A DNA stretch of 64,000 nt from Calditrichota bacterium (GTDB taxonomy: Bacteria; Electryoneota; AABM5-125-24; Hatepunaeales; Hatepunaeaceae). The notes below the pieces were generated by a model. It saw only the letters and a program-made list of their open reading frames with translations. It did no database searches and had not been told where the DNA came from. This document shows, in pieces, positions 10,149-20,103 of the stretch. The translations under genes were made by a program, and so were the position numbers. The stretch is from assembly GCA_018644935.1 (NCBI GenBank), contig JABGPL010000005.1, positions 5,211-69,210 of the forward strand, read 5' to 3'. Position 1 is the first letter of the stretch; every line of letters starts with the position of its first letter.

Positions 10149-11729
10149 CTAATTTCCACCTACGCTTTTTACACAGTCGATTATTGTACCATCAACCCAT
10201 TTAATAGCTGCTACAACTTTATCACCCGTTTTGGGTGGTTGAGGTTTTCCCCCACAGATATCCTCAACTTCAGCCTGTAGATCATGAATATCTACAATTG
10301 GTAGAGAACTCCCGTGCATTTTGTCCATTAAATCCTGCCTCAACGGATTGATTGCAATGCCTCTTTCAGTAATAACGACATCAATCAATTCTCCAGGACC
10401 ACATAGTGTGGTAACCTTGTCAACAATAACAGGGATTCTGTCTCTGAAGCAGGGAATAGGGAGGATGGTACATTTTGAAAATAGGCAGTTCTGCCAACCA
10501 CCGATACCATGGAGTAATCTTCCGTCGGAGTGGGTAACTACGTTTGCATTGAAATTAATGTCAACTTCGGTTGCTCCGAGAACGGTTGCATCCACCAAAC
10601 TTGCAAAGTTGCCTTTTCCGTGATAGTTGTAACTCGTGAAAGGAGAGGTTGAAACATGGCGAGGATTGTCTCTGAGGGATTCAACTCCGGCAAGGTCGAA
10701 AGTCTGTCCATCGAGAATGTAATCGGTAAGACCATCTTCGAGCATTTTTACAAGATGCTGGGTAGATCCTCCGCGGATGAACCGGGCCTTGATCTTCTTT
10801 TCAAGCATGATCTCGCGCAAGTATATGGCGAATGACAGAGCTGTTCCACCCGCACCAGCCTGGAAGGAGAATCCATCTTTGACTATACCAGCTTCTTCGA
10901 CAAAACGAGCTGCGTATTCAGCGATAAGGAGTCTGTCCGGGCTTTTGGTTATTTGTGTCGTTCCCGAGACAATTTTTGAAGGATCTCCGACTTTATCAAG
11001 TTCGACCACATAGTCAACCCGGTTGCCATTTATCTGCCAGGGCAGGCAGGGGAATTCAACAAGATTATCTGTTATAACAATTACTTTTTCAGCATATTCA
11101 GAATCGGCAAGAGCAAAACCGAGCGATCCACAAGCAGATGGTCCCTGATCTCCTGTTGCATTTCCGAAAGAATCCGCAGTCGGTGCGGCAATTATGGCAA
11201 TATCTATTTTAACTTCACCATCCTGAACGGCTTGATATCGTCCTCCATGAGAGCGAAGCACCGCCATACCTTTCATTTTTCCGGTTGAGCAGTATGCACC
11301 CAGAGGTCCGTTCATTGATCCTTCAATGTGATGAATCACTCCTGACTTCAAATGTTCTATAATGGGAGCCTGGCAAGGGAAAGAAGCACTTGGGAACCAG
11401 CGGAGATCTTTCACTTCTAACTCAGCAGCAGCATCGAAGACCTTATTCATAACCAGATCACCATTCCTGAAATGATGGTGATTGCTGATTGTCATCCCAT
11501 TCTTAAGACCGCATTTTTTGAGAGCGGTTTTCAGGTCACCAACAAGTTTATTCCCATCTGCGGGGTAATCGCCACAAGTTGAAATCCTTGGGGCGGCACG
11601 ATGTCCTGATGGTTTGAATTTCGCTACGCCTTGATAAGCGGGATGTTCAATGCCGTTAATGGTCTTTGGTACCATTCTGCCGGCTGCGTTCATTATCATT
11701 TCAGGTTTCATCTCGACTCCCCACGCCAA
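10149..11729 (-). CDS. citF: Citrate lyase alpha subunit (citrate CoA-transferase)
   Basis: 526-aa ORF of CitF-typical length, containing GMTISNHHHFRNGDLV and the C-terminal ...ITERGIAINP block. It lies immediately downstream of citD-citE with overlapping ends. The real start may be the Met of MKPEMIM (about nt 11711). Confidence 0.85.
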   Translation of the reverse strand: MAWGVEMKPEMIMNAAGRMVPKTINGIEHPAYQGVAKFKPSGHRAAPRISTCGDYPADGNKLVGDLKTALKKCGLKNGMTISNHHHFRNGDLVMNKVFDAAAELEVKDLRWFPSASFPCQAPIIEHLKSGVIHHIEGSMNGPLGAYCSTGKMKGMAVLRSHGGRYQAVQDGEVKIDIAIIAAPTADSFGNATGDQGPSACGSLGFALADSEYAEKVIVITDNLVEFPCLPWQINGNRVDYVVELDKVGDPSKIVSGTTQITKSPDRLLIAEYAARFVEEAGIVKDGFSFQAGAGGTALSFAIYLREIMLEKKIKARFIRGGSTQHLVKMLEDGLTDYILDGQTFDLAGVESLRDNPRHVSTSPFTSYNYHGKGNFASLVDATVLGATEVDINFNANVVTHSDGRLLHGIGGWQNCLFSKCTILPIPCFRDRIPVIVDKVTTLCGPGELIDVVITERGIAINPLRQDLMDKMHGSSLPIVDIHDLQAEVEDICGGKPQPPKTGDKVVAAIKWVDGTIIDCVKSVGGN

Positions 11730-12922
11730 TTTTGCGTTAATATTCCCAGTGATTCTGCCATATTGATGGTATTCAAAGCCCGTTTAACAACAGGCGGATC
11801 AATCATTTTGCTCCCGAGCGACACGACACCAAGACCTTTTCTCTCCGCATTTTCAAAGGCTATTACAATTTTCTTTGCTTTGCTGATCTCAAGGGCAGTT
11901 GGAGCAAATGCTTCATGTACAACCGGGATCTGGCGCGGGTGTATGCATCCTTTACCGTCGAATCCAAGTGATTTCGCCTCAATGACTGATTCTCGCAGAC
12001 CAACCATATCAGCAACATCTGTAAAAACTGTGTCAATCGGCTGTACTCTGGCAGCCCGGGCCGCATTAACTATGACGGATCGAAGCCAAAAGCTCTCGCG
12101 CCCCTCAAGTGTTCTCTGCACGCCGATATCTGCGGTGTAATCTTCGAGACCGAGAGCGAGTGCGCTTATGTTTGGAGAGGCTGAAGCAATTTCATAAGCC
12201 TTAATTCCACCAAGAGCCGATTCGATTATTGGCATCAGGAAAGTCTTCGCTTCTATTTTTTCTCTGGACTTAATCTCAGCGATTCGTTCATCAACAGCAG
12301 TCACTTGAGAAGGATCTTCAACTTTGGGAATTAAAACGACATGCACATTATGAGGTATTATCCACTCGAGGTCCTTTAATCCCAATTCCCCCTGATTGAT
12401 CCGCACCATTCTTTCAGAGCCATAGAAGTTAACATGACGAAGTGCATTTCTTACCAAAGCACAGGCAGCATCCTTTTCAGGTGGGGCGACTGAATCTTCG
12501 AGATCGAGGATAATTGCATCTGGTTTATGCAGACCTGCATTAATCATATATTTAGGATCATTTCCCGGGATGTATAATCTTGATCGCCTGAATCTATCTT
12601 TTTTTGTGGTGTAGTGGCTGAATGGTTTAAGTTCTGGAAGATAACTGTAGCCCGTCAACCCGGCTCGTCTTGCAGCTGTTTCAATCCTTGCAGCAATGGT
12701 GAATGGTAAAGCACCGTAATCAATTACATTTATGGAGGCGTTCTCAATTTTGAGAGAGGATAAAACTTCCTTACAAAGTTCACGAGTTGAATCTCCATAC
12801 ATAGATTCAACTTTGCTTTCCAGCTCAATTAATATCCCACCGGATTGCTTCAATATAAGCTCAACCCAACAATCCGAACGGATTTTATCCCCTAATCGAC
12901 CGGCTGTGAATGCTGTTGGCAT
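11708..12922 (-). CDS. citE: Fused citrate lyase gamma (acyl-carrier, CitD) and beta (citryl-CoA lyase, CitE) subunits
   Basis: 404-aa ORF. The first ~95 aa (MPTAFTAGRLGDKIRSDCWVELILKQSGG...NVIDYGALPFTIAARIETAARRAG) resemble CitD. The rest (RRSRLYIPGNDPKYMINAGLHKPDAIILDLEDSVAPPEKDAA...GFDGKGCIHPRQIP) is HpcH/CitE-like. Confidence 0.8.
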   Translation of the reverse strand: MPTAFTAGRLGDKIRSDCWVELILKQSGGILIELESKVESMYGDSTRELCKEVLSSLKIENASINVIDYGALPFTIAARIETAARRAGLTGYSYLPELKPFSHYTTKKDRFRRSRLYIPGNDPKYMINAGLHKPDAIILDLEDSVAPPEKDAACALVRNALRHVNFYGSERMVRINQGELGLKDLEWIIPHNVHVVLIPKVEDPSQVTAVDERIAEIKSREKIEAKTFLMPIIESALGGIKAYEIASASPNISALALGLEDYTADIGVQRTLEGRESFWLRSVIVNAARAARVQPIDTVFTDVADMVGLRESVIEAKSLGFDGKGCIHPRQIPVVHEAFAPTALEISKAKKIVIAFENAERKGLGVVSLGSKMIDPPVVKRALNTINMAESLGILTQNWRGESR

Positions 12923-12986
12923 TTTTCTCCTGTCTGGATTTGGTTTTTGTTACTCAATATGCTCTTCCCTTTGTGGAGAAGAGGAT

Positions 12987-14474
12987 TTATTTATCTTCAA
13001 CGAGTTTTAAGTAATGGTCGTAGCGCTCAAATATATCTGTAACATAATTTACCGGTTCATCTCCCCGGCAATAACCAAATTTGACCACTTTGTCATTAAA
13101 AAATTCGCTTTTACTTTTCTTAACCAGATAGAAAGCGACATTGTCTTCCCAAATACTCGGATCTTTTCCATATTTCTCAGTCAATCGTCTTGCATCTGCA
13201 ATATGATTAAATCCAACGTTGTAGGAACCGAGAACGAATTTTTTTCTTTCGACAGAATCCGGGATTTCCTTAGACCAGTATTCATCGAGCCATTTAAGGT
13301 AATTTACACCGGTAACTATACTTTCAAGTGGATCATCCAAGTTCGTTGCGCCGTATTGGTGTGCTGTTTTTGGCATTAACTGCATCAACCCTACGGCTCC
13401 AGCCCAGGAACTGGCTTTAGGATCAAATCTTGATTCTTGAAAAATCTGAGACGAAAGCAATTTCCAGTCCCACCCCAGCCTTTTAGCATTCTCCTGAATG
13501 GTACTATCCCACTCCGAAATTCCTCCGCCGGATCCAGAATAAAGATCGCTTTTTGCTCTTTCTCGAAATGCGCTTCTATTTTTAAAGTATTTATTGTAGA
13601 TAACATGATAGTCCACACTGTCCATAATCGTCTCAACCCAGGCATTAACCGAATCTAATAAAATGGGACTATCTTTCCTTATCGCCCACGCAATCTGCTG
13701 TGGGAAACTAACTTTTGTTTTAATATCGATATTGGCATTATATGCCTGATTTATGATGGCAATGTTTTCGTCTGCAATAGTGTAGTCTATGGTGCCATCG
13801 ACAACCTGGGCAATCAGGTCTTCAGTAGACATTTTGCCGTGTGCTGCTACTAATGTGATATCACCACCGATTTCTTCTGAGAGGTGCTCCATTCTCGACC
13901 AATAGGAGGCCCCTTGACGGATATGAACCTCTTTACCTATCAAATCAACTTGATTTCTGATCAGTTGTTTCTCGATTTCGTGGATTTTCATCTTCCGCCA
14001 CGAATCTGGTTTGCGCTGAACAAGAACCATACTGGTCATGAGGTGTGGTTTGGTGAAGGCCACCATTTTAGAGCGTTGTTTCGTAACCGCCAAACTATGT
14101 GCGATTATGTCACCCTTACCGCTGTTTAGCATTTGGAAAAACTCATCCATGTTACTCGCAATAGTGATTTCCAACTCCACGCCAAGATGGGCTGCCAATC
14201 TCTGGAGCAGTTCATACTCGAATCCCATTGGTTGACCACGGTACACAAAGTAATTCGTTGCCCCGTAGCCAACAATTGCGACCAATTTACCACGAGCCTT
14301 AATATCAGGTAAATCAACTGTATCGGAGACTGCAATTTGGGGTAAATCGACCTTCTCTCCACAACCTGTGAGGAACAGCATAATAATCAATATTATTATG
14401 CTGTTAAACCTGTAGTTCTTAACTTGATTGTTCAAATAATTCTTCCTTTTTAAATGGACAATTATTTTTGACAA
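12987..14474 (-). CDS. mltF: Membrane-bound lytic murein transglycosylase F-like lipoprotein (PBP2-like domain + SLT domain)
   Basis: 495-aa ORF. It has a lipobox LFLTGC, an N-terminal solute-binding-like domain (GKLVAIVGYGATNYFVYRGQPMGFEYEL) and a C-terminal SLT catalytic block QESRFDPKASSWAGAVGLMQLMPKTA. The track start is a TTG. Confidence 0.8.
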   Translation of the reverse strand: MSKIIVHLKRKNYLNNQVKNYRFNSIIILIIMLFLTGCGEKVDLPQIAVSDTVDLPDIKARGKLVAIVGYGATNYFVYRGQPMGFEYELLQRLAAHLGVELEITIASNMDEFFQMLNSGKGDIIAHSLAVTKQRSKMVAFTKPHLMTSMVLVQRKPDSWRKMKIHEIEKQLIRNQVDLIGKEVHIRQGASYWSRMEHLSEEIGGDITLVAAHGKMSTEDLIAQVVDGTIDYTIADENIAIINQAYNANIDIKTKVSFPQQIAWAIRKDSPILLDSVNAWVETIMDSVDYHVIYNKYFKNRSAFRERAKSDLYSGSGGGISEWDSTIQENAKRLGWDWKLLSSQIFQESRFDPKASSWAGAVGLMQLMPKTAHQYGATNLDDPLESIVTGVNYLKWLDEYWSKEIPDSVERKKFVLGSYNVGFNHIADARRLTEKYGKDPSIWEDNVAFYLVKKSKSEFFNDKVVKFGYCRGDEPVNYVTDIFERYDHYLKLVEDK

Positions 14475-14765
14475 ATGGTGTCGAACTGAACCGTTCCTGA
14501 AAGCCTAATTAGTGCATAAGCTCGGTTTGGATAAAATACGCCTGTCAATTGATAACCGAGAATGCATGTAAGTACTTCTGCTATCTGCTCCCAAATAGAA
14601 AATAGAAAAATTTTTCCAAAATTTCCAATGTAAAAGCTAATTGGATTTAATTTTACATCGAAAGAATACTAAGAGTACTGTTTCTGAGCGTAATATGTGT
14701 GTATCTTAATTATACTTGGTCAGTCAAAACGTTGACCAAAAACTGTAAAACCGGAGGTAATTTCT

Positions 14766-15887
14766 TTGGAACTGAACGATAAAGTTATCCGAGCTCTTGA
14801 TTTGGTTCGTCCTGCTCTAATCAAGGATGGCGGAGATATAGAACTCATAGAAGTGAAAGATAAGAAGGTATATGTAAAACTCACTGGTGCATGTCAGGGA
14901 TGTCCATCTTCAAAAAGTACTTTGCAACGAGCTGTTTTGACTGCAATGAAAAAAGAAGCACCAGAGATTGAAGAAGTTATTGATATCCTGCCAGATGGAA
15001 GTGAAAGGACAACAAAACCGTCTGATGATGATCCTTATGCAGGTCAGAAACGGATTGAAGGTGTAAAGTTGATTATCGCTGTTGCCTCCGGGAAAGGTGG
15101 TGTCGGCAAATCTACGGTCGCTGTGAATTTCGCACTTGCCCTCAAGAATAAAGGTCTGAAAATTGGTTTGCTTGATGCAGATATTTATGGTCCCAGCACG
15201 CCCACAATGCTCGGTGTTAAGGAAGCTCCCTGGGCTAAATACAAAAAGATCGAACCTGCTGTTGCCCACGGAATCAAACTGATGTCAATCGGATTTTACG
15301 TTCCCGAAGATGCTGCGATGATATGGCGTGGTCCGATGATTATGAAGGCACTCGATCAGTTTATTTTTGACGTCGAATGGGGCGATCTCGATGTCCTCGT
15401 AGTCGATCTGCCACCAGGGACAGGAGATGCTCAATTATCTCTTGCACAACGAGTTCCCGTTGATGGCGTAGTCATTGTTACAACTCCTTCAGATGTTGCA
15501 TTGATTGATGCAAGACGTGGCTTGGAGATGTTCAAGAAAATAAATGTTCGTGTACTTGGCATCGTTGAAAATATGAGTTTCTTCCTCTGCCCACATTGTG
15601 GTGAAAGGACAAATGTGTTCTCCGCAGGTGGTGGAAAAGAAACCGCTGAGAAAATCGGCACAAAATTCCTCGGAGAAATTCCGCTGGATCCATTTATCCG
15701 TCATTCAGGCGATACCGGTAATCCCGCAGTAGCCGCGGATGTATCCTCGCCACAGGCAGTAAGATTCAATAAAATGACAGATAATATCTGGGAAGAAATA
15801 AATGACAAAGTTCCTGCATGGGATAAAAATGGTTGCCACTTTTTTGGTCTACCAAAGGATTCTATCCCGGTGAAGGAAGCCGAGTAA
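14766..15887 (+). CDS. apbC: Fe-S cluster carrier ATPase ApbC/Mrp/NBP35 with an N-terminal Nfu (NifU C-terminal-like) domain
   Basis: TTG start with GGAGGT 8 nt upstream. The N-terminus VRPALIKDGGDIELIEVKDKKVYVKLTGACQGCPSSKSTL is Nfu-like with a CxxC. It is followed by the deviant Walker A IAVASGKGGVGKSTVAVN and the CPHCGE motif typical of Mrp/ApbC. Confidence 0.85.
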   Translation: MELNDKVIRALDLVRPALIKDGGDIELIEVKDKKVYVKLTGACQGCPSSKSTLQRAVLTAMKKEAPEIEEVIDILPDGSERTTKPSDDDPYAGQKRIEGVKLIIAVASGKGGVGKSTVAVNFALALKNKGLKIGLLDADIYGPSTPTMLGVKEAPWAKYKKIEPAVAHGIKLMSIGFYVPEDAAMIWRGPMIMKALDQFIFDVEWGDLDVLVVDLPPGTGDAQLSLAQRVPVDGVVIVTTPSDVALIDARRGLEMFKKINVRVLGIVENMSFFLCPHCGERTNVFSAGGGKETAEKIGTKFLGEIPLDPFIRHSGDTGNPAVAADVSSPQAVRFNKMTDNIWEEINDKVPAWDKNGCHFFGLPKDSIPVKEAE

Positions 15888-15957
15888 AGAGATTATTTCA
15901 GAACACGAATAGTCTGATAAAAAGGCTATGATTGTCGAAGATATTGACTTATAATAA

Positions 15958-15996
15958 CTACAGGCAGGCTTTAGAAGTCTGCCTGTAGTTAATTTT
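15958..15996 (+). terminator. Rho-independent terminator after apbC
   Basis: CTACAGGCAG (15958-15967), an 11-nt loop, CTGCCTGTAG (15979-15988) and then TTAATTTT. This is a perfect 10-bp stem. The tail overlaps the TTG at 15995, which argues for the downstream GTG start of the next gene. Confidence 0.75.
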
Positions 15997-16024
15997 GCAG
16001 CATTTCAACGAAGAGGAGAATTAC

Positions 16025-18067
16025 GTGCGAAACCCAAACTGTTTCCGTTTCTTTAAGCTAATCGTGATAATGTTGTTTTTCCTTTTGTCTTGTTACACTC
16101 ATGCAAATGCTGAAGGAAAACAGAATCAAAACCTGCCTCCGGGAGATACTCCCCCACTTACTGTATTTGACCGAATCGAATCCGCAGGAAATGCTGATGA
16201 TTATGAAGACATCGACCATTTAATCGTTTATGATCTCTCCATCAACCGTATGAAAGAGAGTGGAGTAACGGAGGTCGATGGATATGTTCTGTATAAAATT
16301 TTGGACGAAAAGGGTTGCCGAAATATGTCCGTGCAAATTTGGGGATATGATCCGCAGAGCAGTTTTGTACAGATAAAAGAAGTCAACATAATTAGAGATG
16401 ATAAAAAGATCCCTGTTGATGTAGCTCTGATTAAAGACTTACCCGCACCCCAAAGTGCGATTTATTGGAATAATAGACTTAAAATTCTTCAGCTTCCAAG
16501 ATTAAAAGTTAACGATGGTATTGAGATAGTGTCATTTAGGAAGGGCTTCACCTATGCACTTTTAAATGATGATCCACCACCAGATGAGAGCTACATTCCA
16601 CCCATGCCCGGTGAATACTTCGACATCACTTTGTTTGAATCCTCAGTTCCAATTATCGAGAAAAAGTATGTGCTTACTGTCCCTGAAAATAAGCGGTTGC
16701 ACTCGCAGGTTTTCAATGGGACTTTATTCAGCAGTACAGCCTACACTCCTGACAGTACTATTTATTCATGGTGGAAACTTGATGTCCCGGCTCGAAAATC
16801 AGAACGGTACCAGCCGAGTGGGACCGATTTGATGACGAAAGTCGTTATGAGCACTGCGGAAAGTTGGGAGGCGAAGAGTCGCTGGTTCTTTGAGATCAAT
16901 AAGAACCAATTTGAGGTTACTGACCCGATTAAGAAAAAGGTGGAACAAATTATCAAAGAAGCTGGGGTGCAAAGGGGCACAGAAGATGAAAAAGCAGAAG
17001 CCCTGCTTCATTGGGTAGCCCAGAACATACGCTATAGTGGGCAAACGATGGGAAAAGGTGAAGGATTTACGTTACATTCAGGAGTGATGATTTTCGAGCA
17101 GAGGAGTGGGGTTTGTAAAGATATTGCAGGTATGCTTGTAACTATGATGAGAGCTGCCGGGATGGACTCATACGCAGCCATGACACTTGCCGGCGGTCGC
17201 ATTGAAGACCTGCCAGCCGATCAGTTTAATCATTGTGTTACGGCTTTGAGAAAGAAAGATGGCAGTTTTGTGATGTATGATCCAACCTGGGTCCCCTTTT
17301 ACAAGGACATTTGGTCAAAGCTCGAATCAGAGCAGCATTATGTTGTTGGAACACCAACTGGAGAGGATCTTAGTCGAATATCATACAGCCCACCTGAGGA
17401 GTCCCCATTATTTGTTAAAAGTATAGCGAAAATTGACGATTATGGTAACCTCGAGTGCAAGATTGAGCTTCGGTGTGATGGGGCTGTCGACTCAAGACTG
17501 AGGCGAATGGCTTCGGGGCAAAAGATTTCAGAAATAGAGATTTACCTCGCCGGAGTTCTTCGCCCGATCAGCGAAAGAATTGAAGGAATTGAATGGAAGC
17601 ATGGAGACTTATATGATTTTGAAAACGCTATGTGGTGGGATATCAGCTTTAGAGTACCCAAATATGCTCTGTTAATTGAAAATGGATTTGAATTTCAAAG
17701 TCCAATGATGATGTTAACCATGCACAATCGACTATTACTTAGACCGGGTGACTACGAGTGGGAAGAAGAACGAAAAAACGATGTATTCCTCTATTATACA
17801 CAACATCTCAGTGGGATAGAAAAGATTAAAGTACCAAAGGGTTTGCAACTTGCTAAGCAGGTAGATTTTAAAGAAATTGATGAAACCTATGCAGCATTTA
17901 GCGGGAAATGTGAATTGGAAGGCAGAGAATTGACAATCAGGCAAAATCTTGAACTTCGGCGTCGGCAAATTCCTCCGGATGGGTATCCCGGCTTTAGGGA
18001 TTCAGTAAATGAGGCAAACAAATTTGCAGAGACTGTTTTCCGCGTTGAGAGGGGAGGTGCAAAATGA
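16025..18067 (+). CDS. DUF3857-like / transglutaminase-like cysteine protease family lipoprotein (catalytic triad present)
   Basis: ORF track 15995..18067. I prefer GTG 16025 (GAGGAG 6 nt upstream), giving VRNPNCFRFFKLIVIMLFFLLSC with an LLSC lipobox. The transglutaminase core is GVCKDIAGMLVTMMRAAGMDSY (Cys), FNHCVTAL (His) and MYDPTW (Asp). Confidence 0.7.
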   Translation: MRNPNCFRFFKLIVIMLFFLLSCYTHANAEGKQNQNLPPGDTPPLTVFDRIESAGNADDYEDIDHLIVYDLSINRMKESGVTEVDGYVLYKILDEKGCRNMSVQIWGYDPQSSFVQIKEVNIIRDDKKIPVDVALIKDLPAPQSAIYWNNRLKILQLPRLKVNDGIEIVSFRKGFTYALLNDDPPPDESYIPPMPGEYFDITLFESSVPIIEKKYVLTVPENKRLHSQVFNGTLFSSTAYTPDSTIYSWWKLDVPARKSERYQPSGTDLMTKVVMSTAESWEAKSRWFFEINKNQFEVTDPIKKKVEQIIKEAGVQRGTEDEKAEALLHWVAQNIRYSGQTMGKGEGFTLHSGVMIFEQRSGVCKDIAGMLVTMMRAAGMDSYAAMTLAGGRIEDLPADQFNHCVTALRKKDGSFVMYDPTWVPFYKDIWSKLESEQHYVVGTPTGEDLSRISYSPPEESPLFVKSIAKIDDYGNLECKIELRCDGAVDSRLRRMASGQKISEIEIYLAGVLRPISERIEGIEWKHGDLYDFENAMWWDISFRVPKYALLIENGFEFQSPMMMLTMHNRLLLRPGDYEWEEERKNDVFLYYTQHLSGIEKIKVPKGLQLAKQVDFKEIDETYAAFSGKCELEGRELTIRQNLELRRRQIPPDGYPGFRDSVNEANKFAETVFRVERGGAK

Positions 18068-20103
18068 AGTCTTTAACTCGATGGCAACAAAAATTATTTA
18101 GAATGCTTCTATTTGGGTGGGTATTAATCTGTTTCTGTGGAATCCTGTCTCCAATAGAAATATCTGCACAGACCTCCTACGATGGAGAAATCGATATCAC
18201 CGTTTTAATGCAACAGGCTTCTGAAAGCTTTGATCTGGAACAGGAAGATGCCATCATTCTTTACGACAATGAGGAACAACTCTGGCTAACAGATAAAAAA
18301 AAGTACAGAAAGGTGCATCGAATAGTCTGGATCGGCAAATCATGGGGAATTGGGCATTTTGCAGACCACCGGATTCCGATTGACTACGAAAATGAAATAA
18401 TAAATGTAAAAACTTTACGAACATACAGAGACGAAAAGTGGTGGGATAGCGATACAACAGCAATTGTCGAAACACTGCCCGGAGCGTTACGTACAGCATA
18501 TGATTATGCAACTATAAGGGAGATGATGTTGTTGCATGATGGAGTAGAATTGCCATGTATACTGGAATGGGCTTACTCAATCGAGGACAAAGATTCCTTC
18601 AGGAGGGGAGTCGATGGGATATGGATATTTGAAAAAGATGTTCCGGTAATCAAATCAAGTTTCAGCTTTGGGATACCGACAAAATCAAAGCCGTATGTTT
18701 TTGTTTCAAAGGAAGTCGGAGAAGAACAAATACGAGCTAAAGTCTCACCTCCTGCACTATCTGGATCAAAGAGCAAAATTCCAAATTCAAAATCCAAATT
18801 TCAGGCTGCAACCGAATTGGATATTTATACTTATGAAATGGAGATGATCCCAGCCCTTCCAACACCACACACGGCAGATCCAGCAGCTAATTCACCTCAC
18901 ATAGAATGGTCAACCTGGAAAAACTGGGACAAACTCGGCAAAAATTTCAGGAAGACATTTGAATCAGCAATGGTGCTCGATTCTGTTCTCAGAGATAGCC
19001 TGGAATTGCTGATTGAAGATGCATTCTCAATGAATGACAGAGTAAAACGAATTGCATCATTTGTGAGTAGGTCTACCCGTTATGTAAACTATCCATCTAT
19101 TTACTGGTACACAGATCCACGTCCTGCACACCGTAGTTATTCAACCGCATATGCCCACCAAATTGACCGTGCAGTTCTTGCAGCAGCTTTGTTCAAAGAG
19201 GCAGGATTTGAAATATTCCCCACATTTCGGGGTTTGGGATACCACGACATCAACAATAATGTGGCAACTTTTGACCGTTTCGGCGAAGTGGGAGTATGGG
19301 TAAGTGGGTCTGAGGAAGTCGAAGCTTTGTATAATCCGGCTGAAAGTATGTTACAAAACGGACTTGCACCGATTTATGGACGTTCAATCTGGATTCCAGG
19401 TAGTGGAGACGATCCAAAGGTAACCTGGCGCGGAGAAGCAAATCGCAGCAAGGTTGAACTGACCCTGAATATCAATTGTAGTGAAGATGGCAATACGGTA
19501 TCAGGGAACGGATTTTACAGCGCAACTCAGGGATTATGCCCATTTGCTGAAATGGAGGGACTCGGAGGAGAAACACTAGATTTCCTCGAATCAGTAATGA
19601 GTGGAGTGCTTGATAATGCAAAGATATCCACATATTCACCAACTTCTTTCAGCAGGTTCACAGTTACTATTGGATTCGAGTTTACTGCAAGTTTTCAGGA
19701 AGAATCTGCATCAGTTTGGAATGAACCAAATGGTGAAGCAAAAAGACTAATTCTAAACATCGGAGAACCTGGCGGAGGAATTTTTGACCACTTACCGGGT
19801 GATATTGCAATATTCAATGAGGTTAGAAATTCTGATATCAGGTTACCCGGATTGATGGAACAAGTTGTTAAGGTAAATTTGATCTTCGGTGATAAGGAAT
19901 TGTCTTATATTCCGGAGAATGTGGAAATTAAAAATGATATGGGCTCTTTCAGACTTGAAGTAGAACGTAAAGAAAAGCAGGTGAAGATAAAAAGAACATT
20001 AACGCTTGAGAAAGTTGATTGTCATGCTGATAGATGGATAGATTTGAGAACACTTTTGCTATCTGACCGAAATGAAAGGAACAGAGCGATTGTATTGAGA
20101 TAA
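18064..20103 (+). CDS. DUF3857/transglutaminase-like paralog with a degenerate active site
   Basis: 679-aa ORF whose ATG overlaps the upstream stop (ATGA at 18064-18067). It has a signal/TM segment LFRMLLFGWVLICFCGILSPIEISA. The region aligned to the transglutaminase core reads TAYAHQIDRAVLAAALFKEAGFEIF ... GEVGVWVSG ... LYNPA, so Cys, His and Asp all appear to be replaced. Confidence 0.6.
   Translation: MKSLTRWQQKLFRMLLFGWVLICFCGILSPIEISAQTSYDGEIDITVLMQQASESFDLEQEDAIILYDNEEQLWLTDKKKYRKVHRIVWIGKSWGIGHFADHRIPIDYENEIINVKTLRTYRDEKWWDSDTTAIVETLPGALRTAYDYATIREMMLLHDGVELPCILEWAYSIEDKDSFRRGVDGIWIFEKDVPVIKSSFSFGIPTKSKPYVFVSKEVGEEQIRAKVSPPALSGSKSKIPNSKSKFQAATELDIYTYEMEMIPALPTPHTADPAANSPHIEWSTWKNWDKLGKNFRKTFESAMVLDSVLRDSLELLIEDAFSMNDRVKRIASFVSRSTRYVNYPSIYWYTDPRPAHRSYSTAYAHQIDRAVLAAALFKEAGFEIFPTFRGLGYHDINNNVATFDRFGEVGVWVSGSEEVEALYNPAESMLQNGLAPIYGRSIWIPGSGDDPKVTWRGEANRSKVELTLNINCSEDGNTVSGNGFYSATQGLCPFAEMEGLGGETLDFLESVMSGVLDNAKISTYSPTSFSRFTVTIGFEFTASFQEESASVWNEPNGEAKRLILNIGEPGGGIFDHLPGDIAIFNEVRNSDIRLPGLMEQVVKVNLIFGDKELSYIPENVEIKNDMGSFRLEVERKEKQVKIKRTLTLEKVDCHADRWIDLRTLLLSDRNERNRAIVLR

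Noticed and set aside
14717-14738. The inverted repeat TGGTCA-N10-TGACCA (with inner GTCAA-AACG-TTGAC) 28-49 nt upstream of apbC, as an operator.
   Set aside because: The arms are short and overlapping, with no recognisable match to a known regulator box. It may simply be part of the promoter/RBS region, so support is insufficient to call it.
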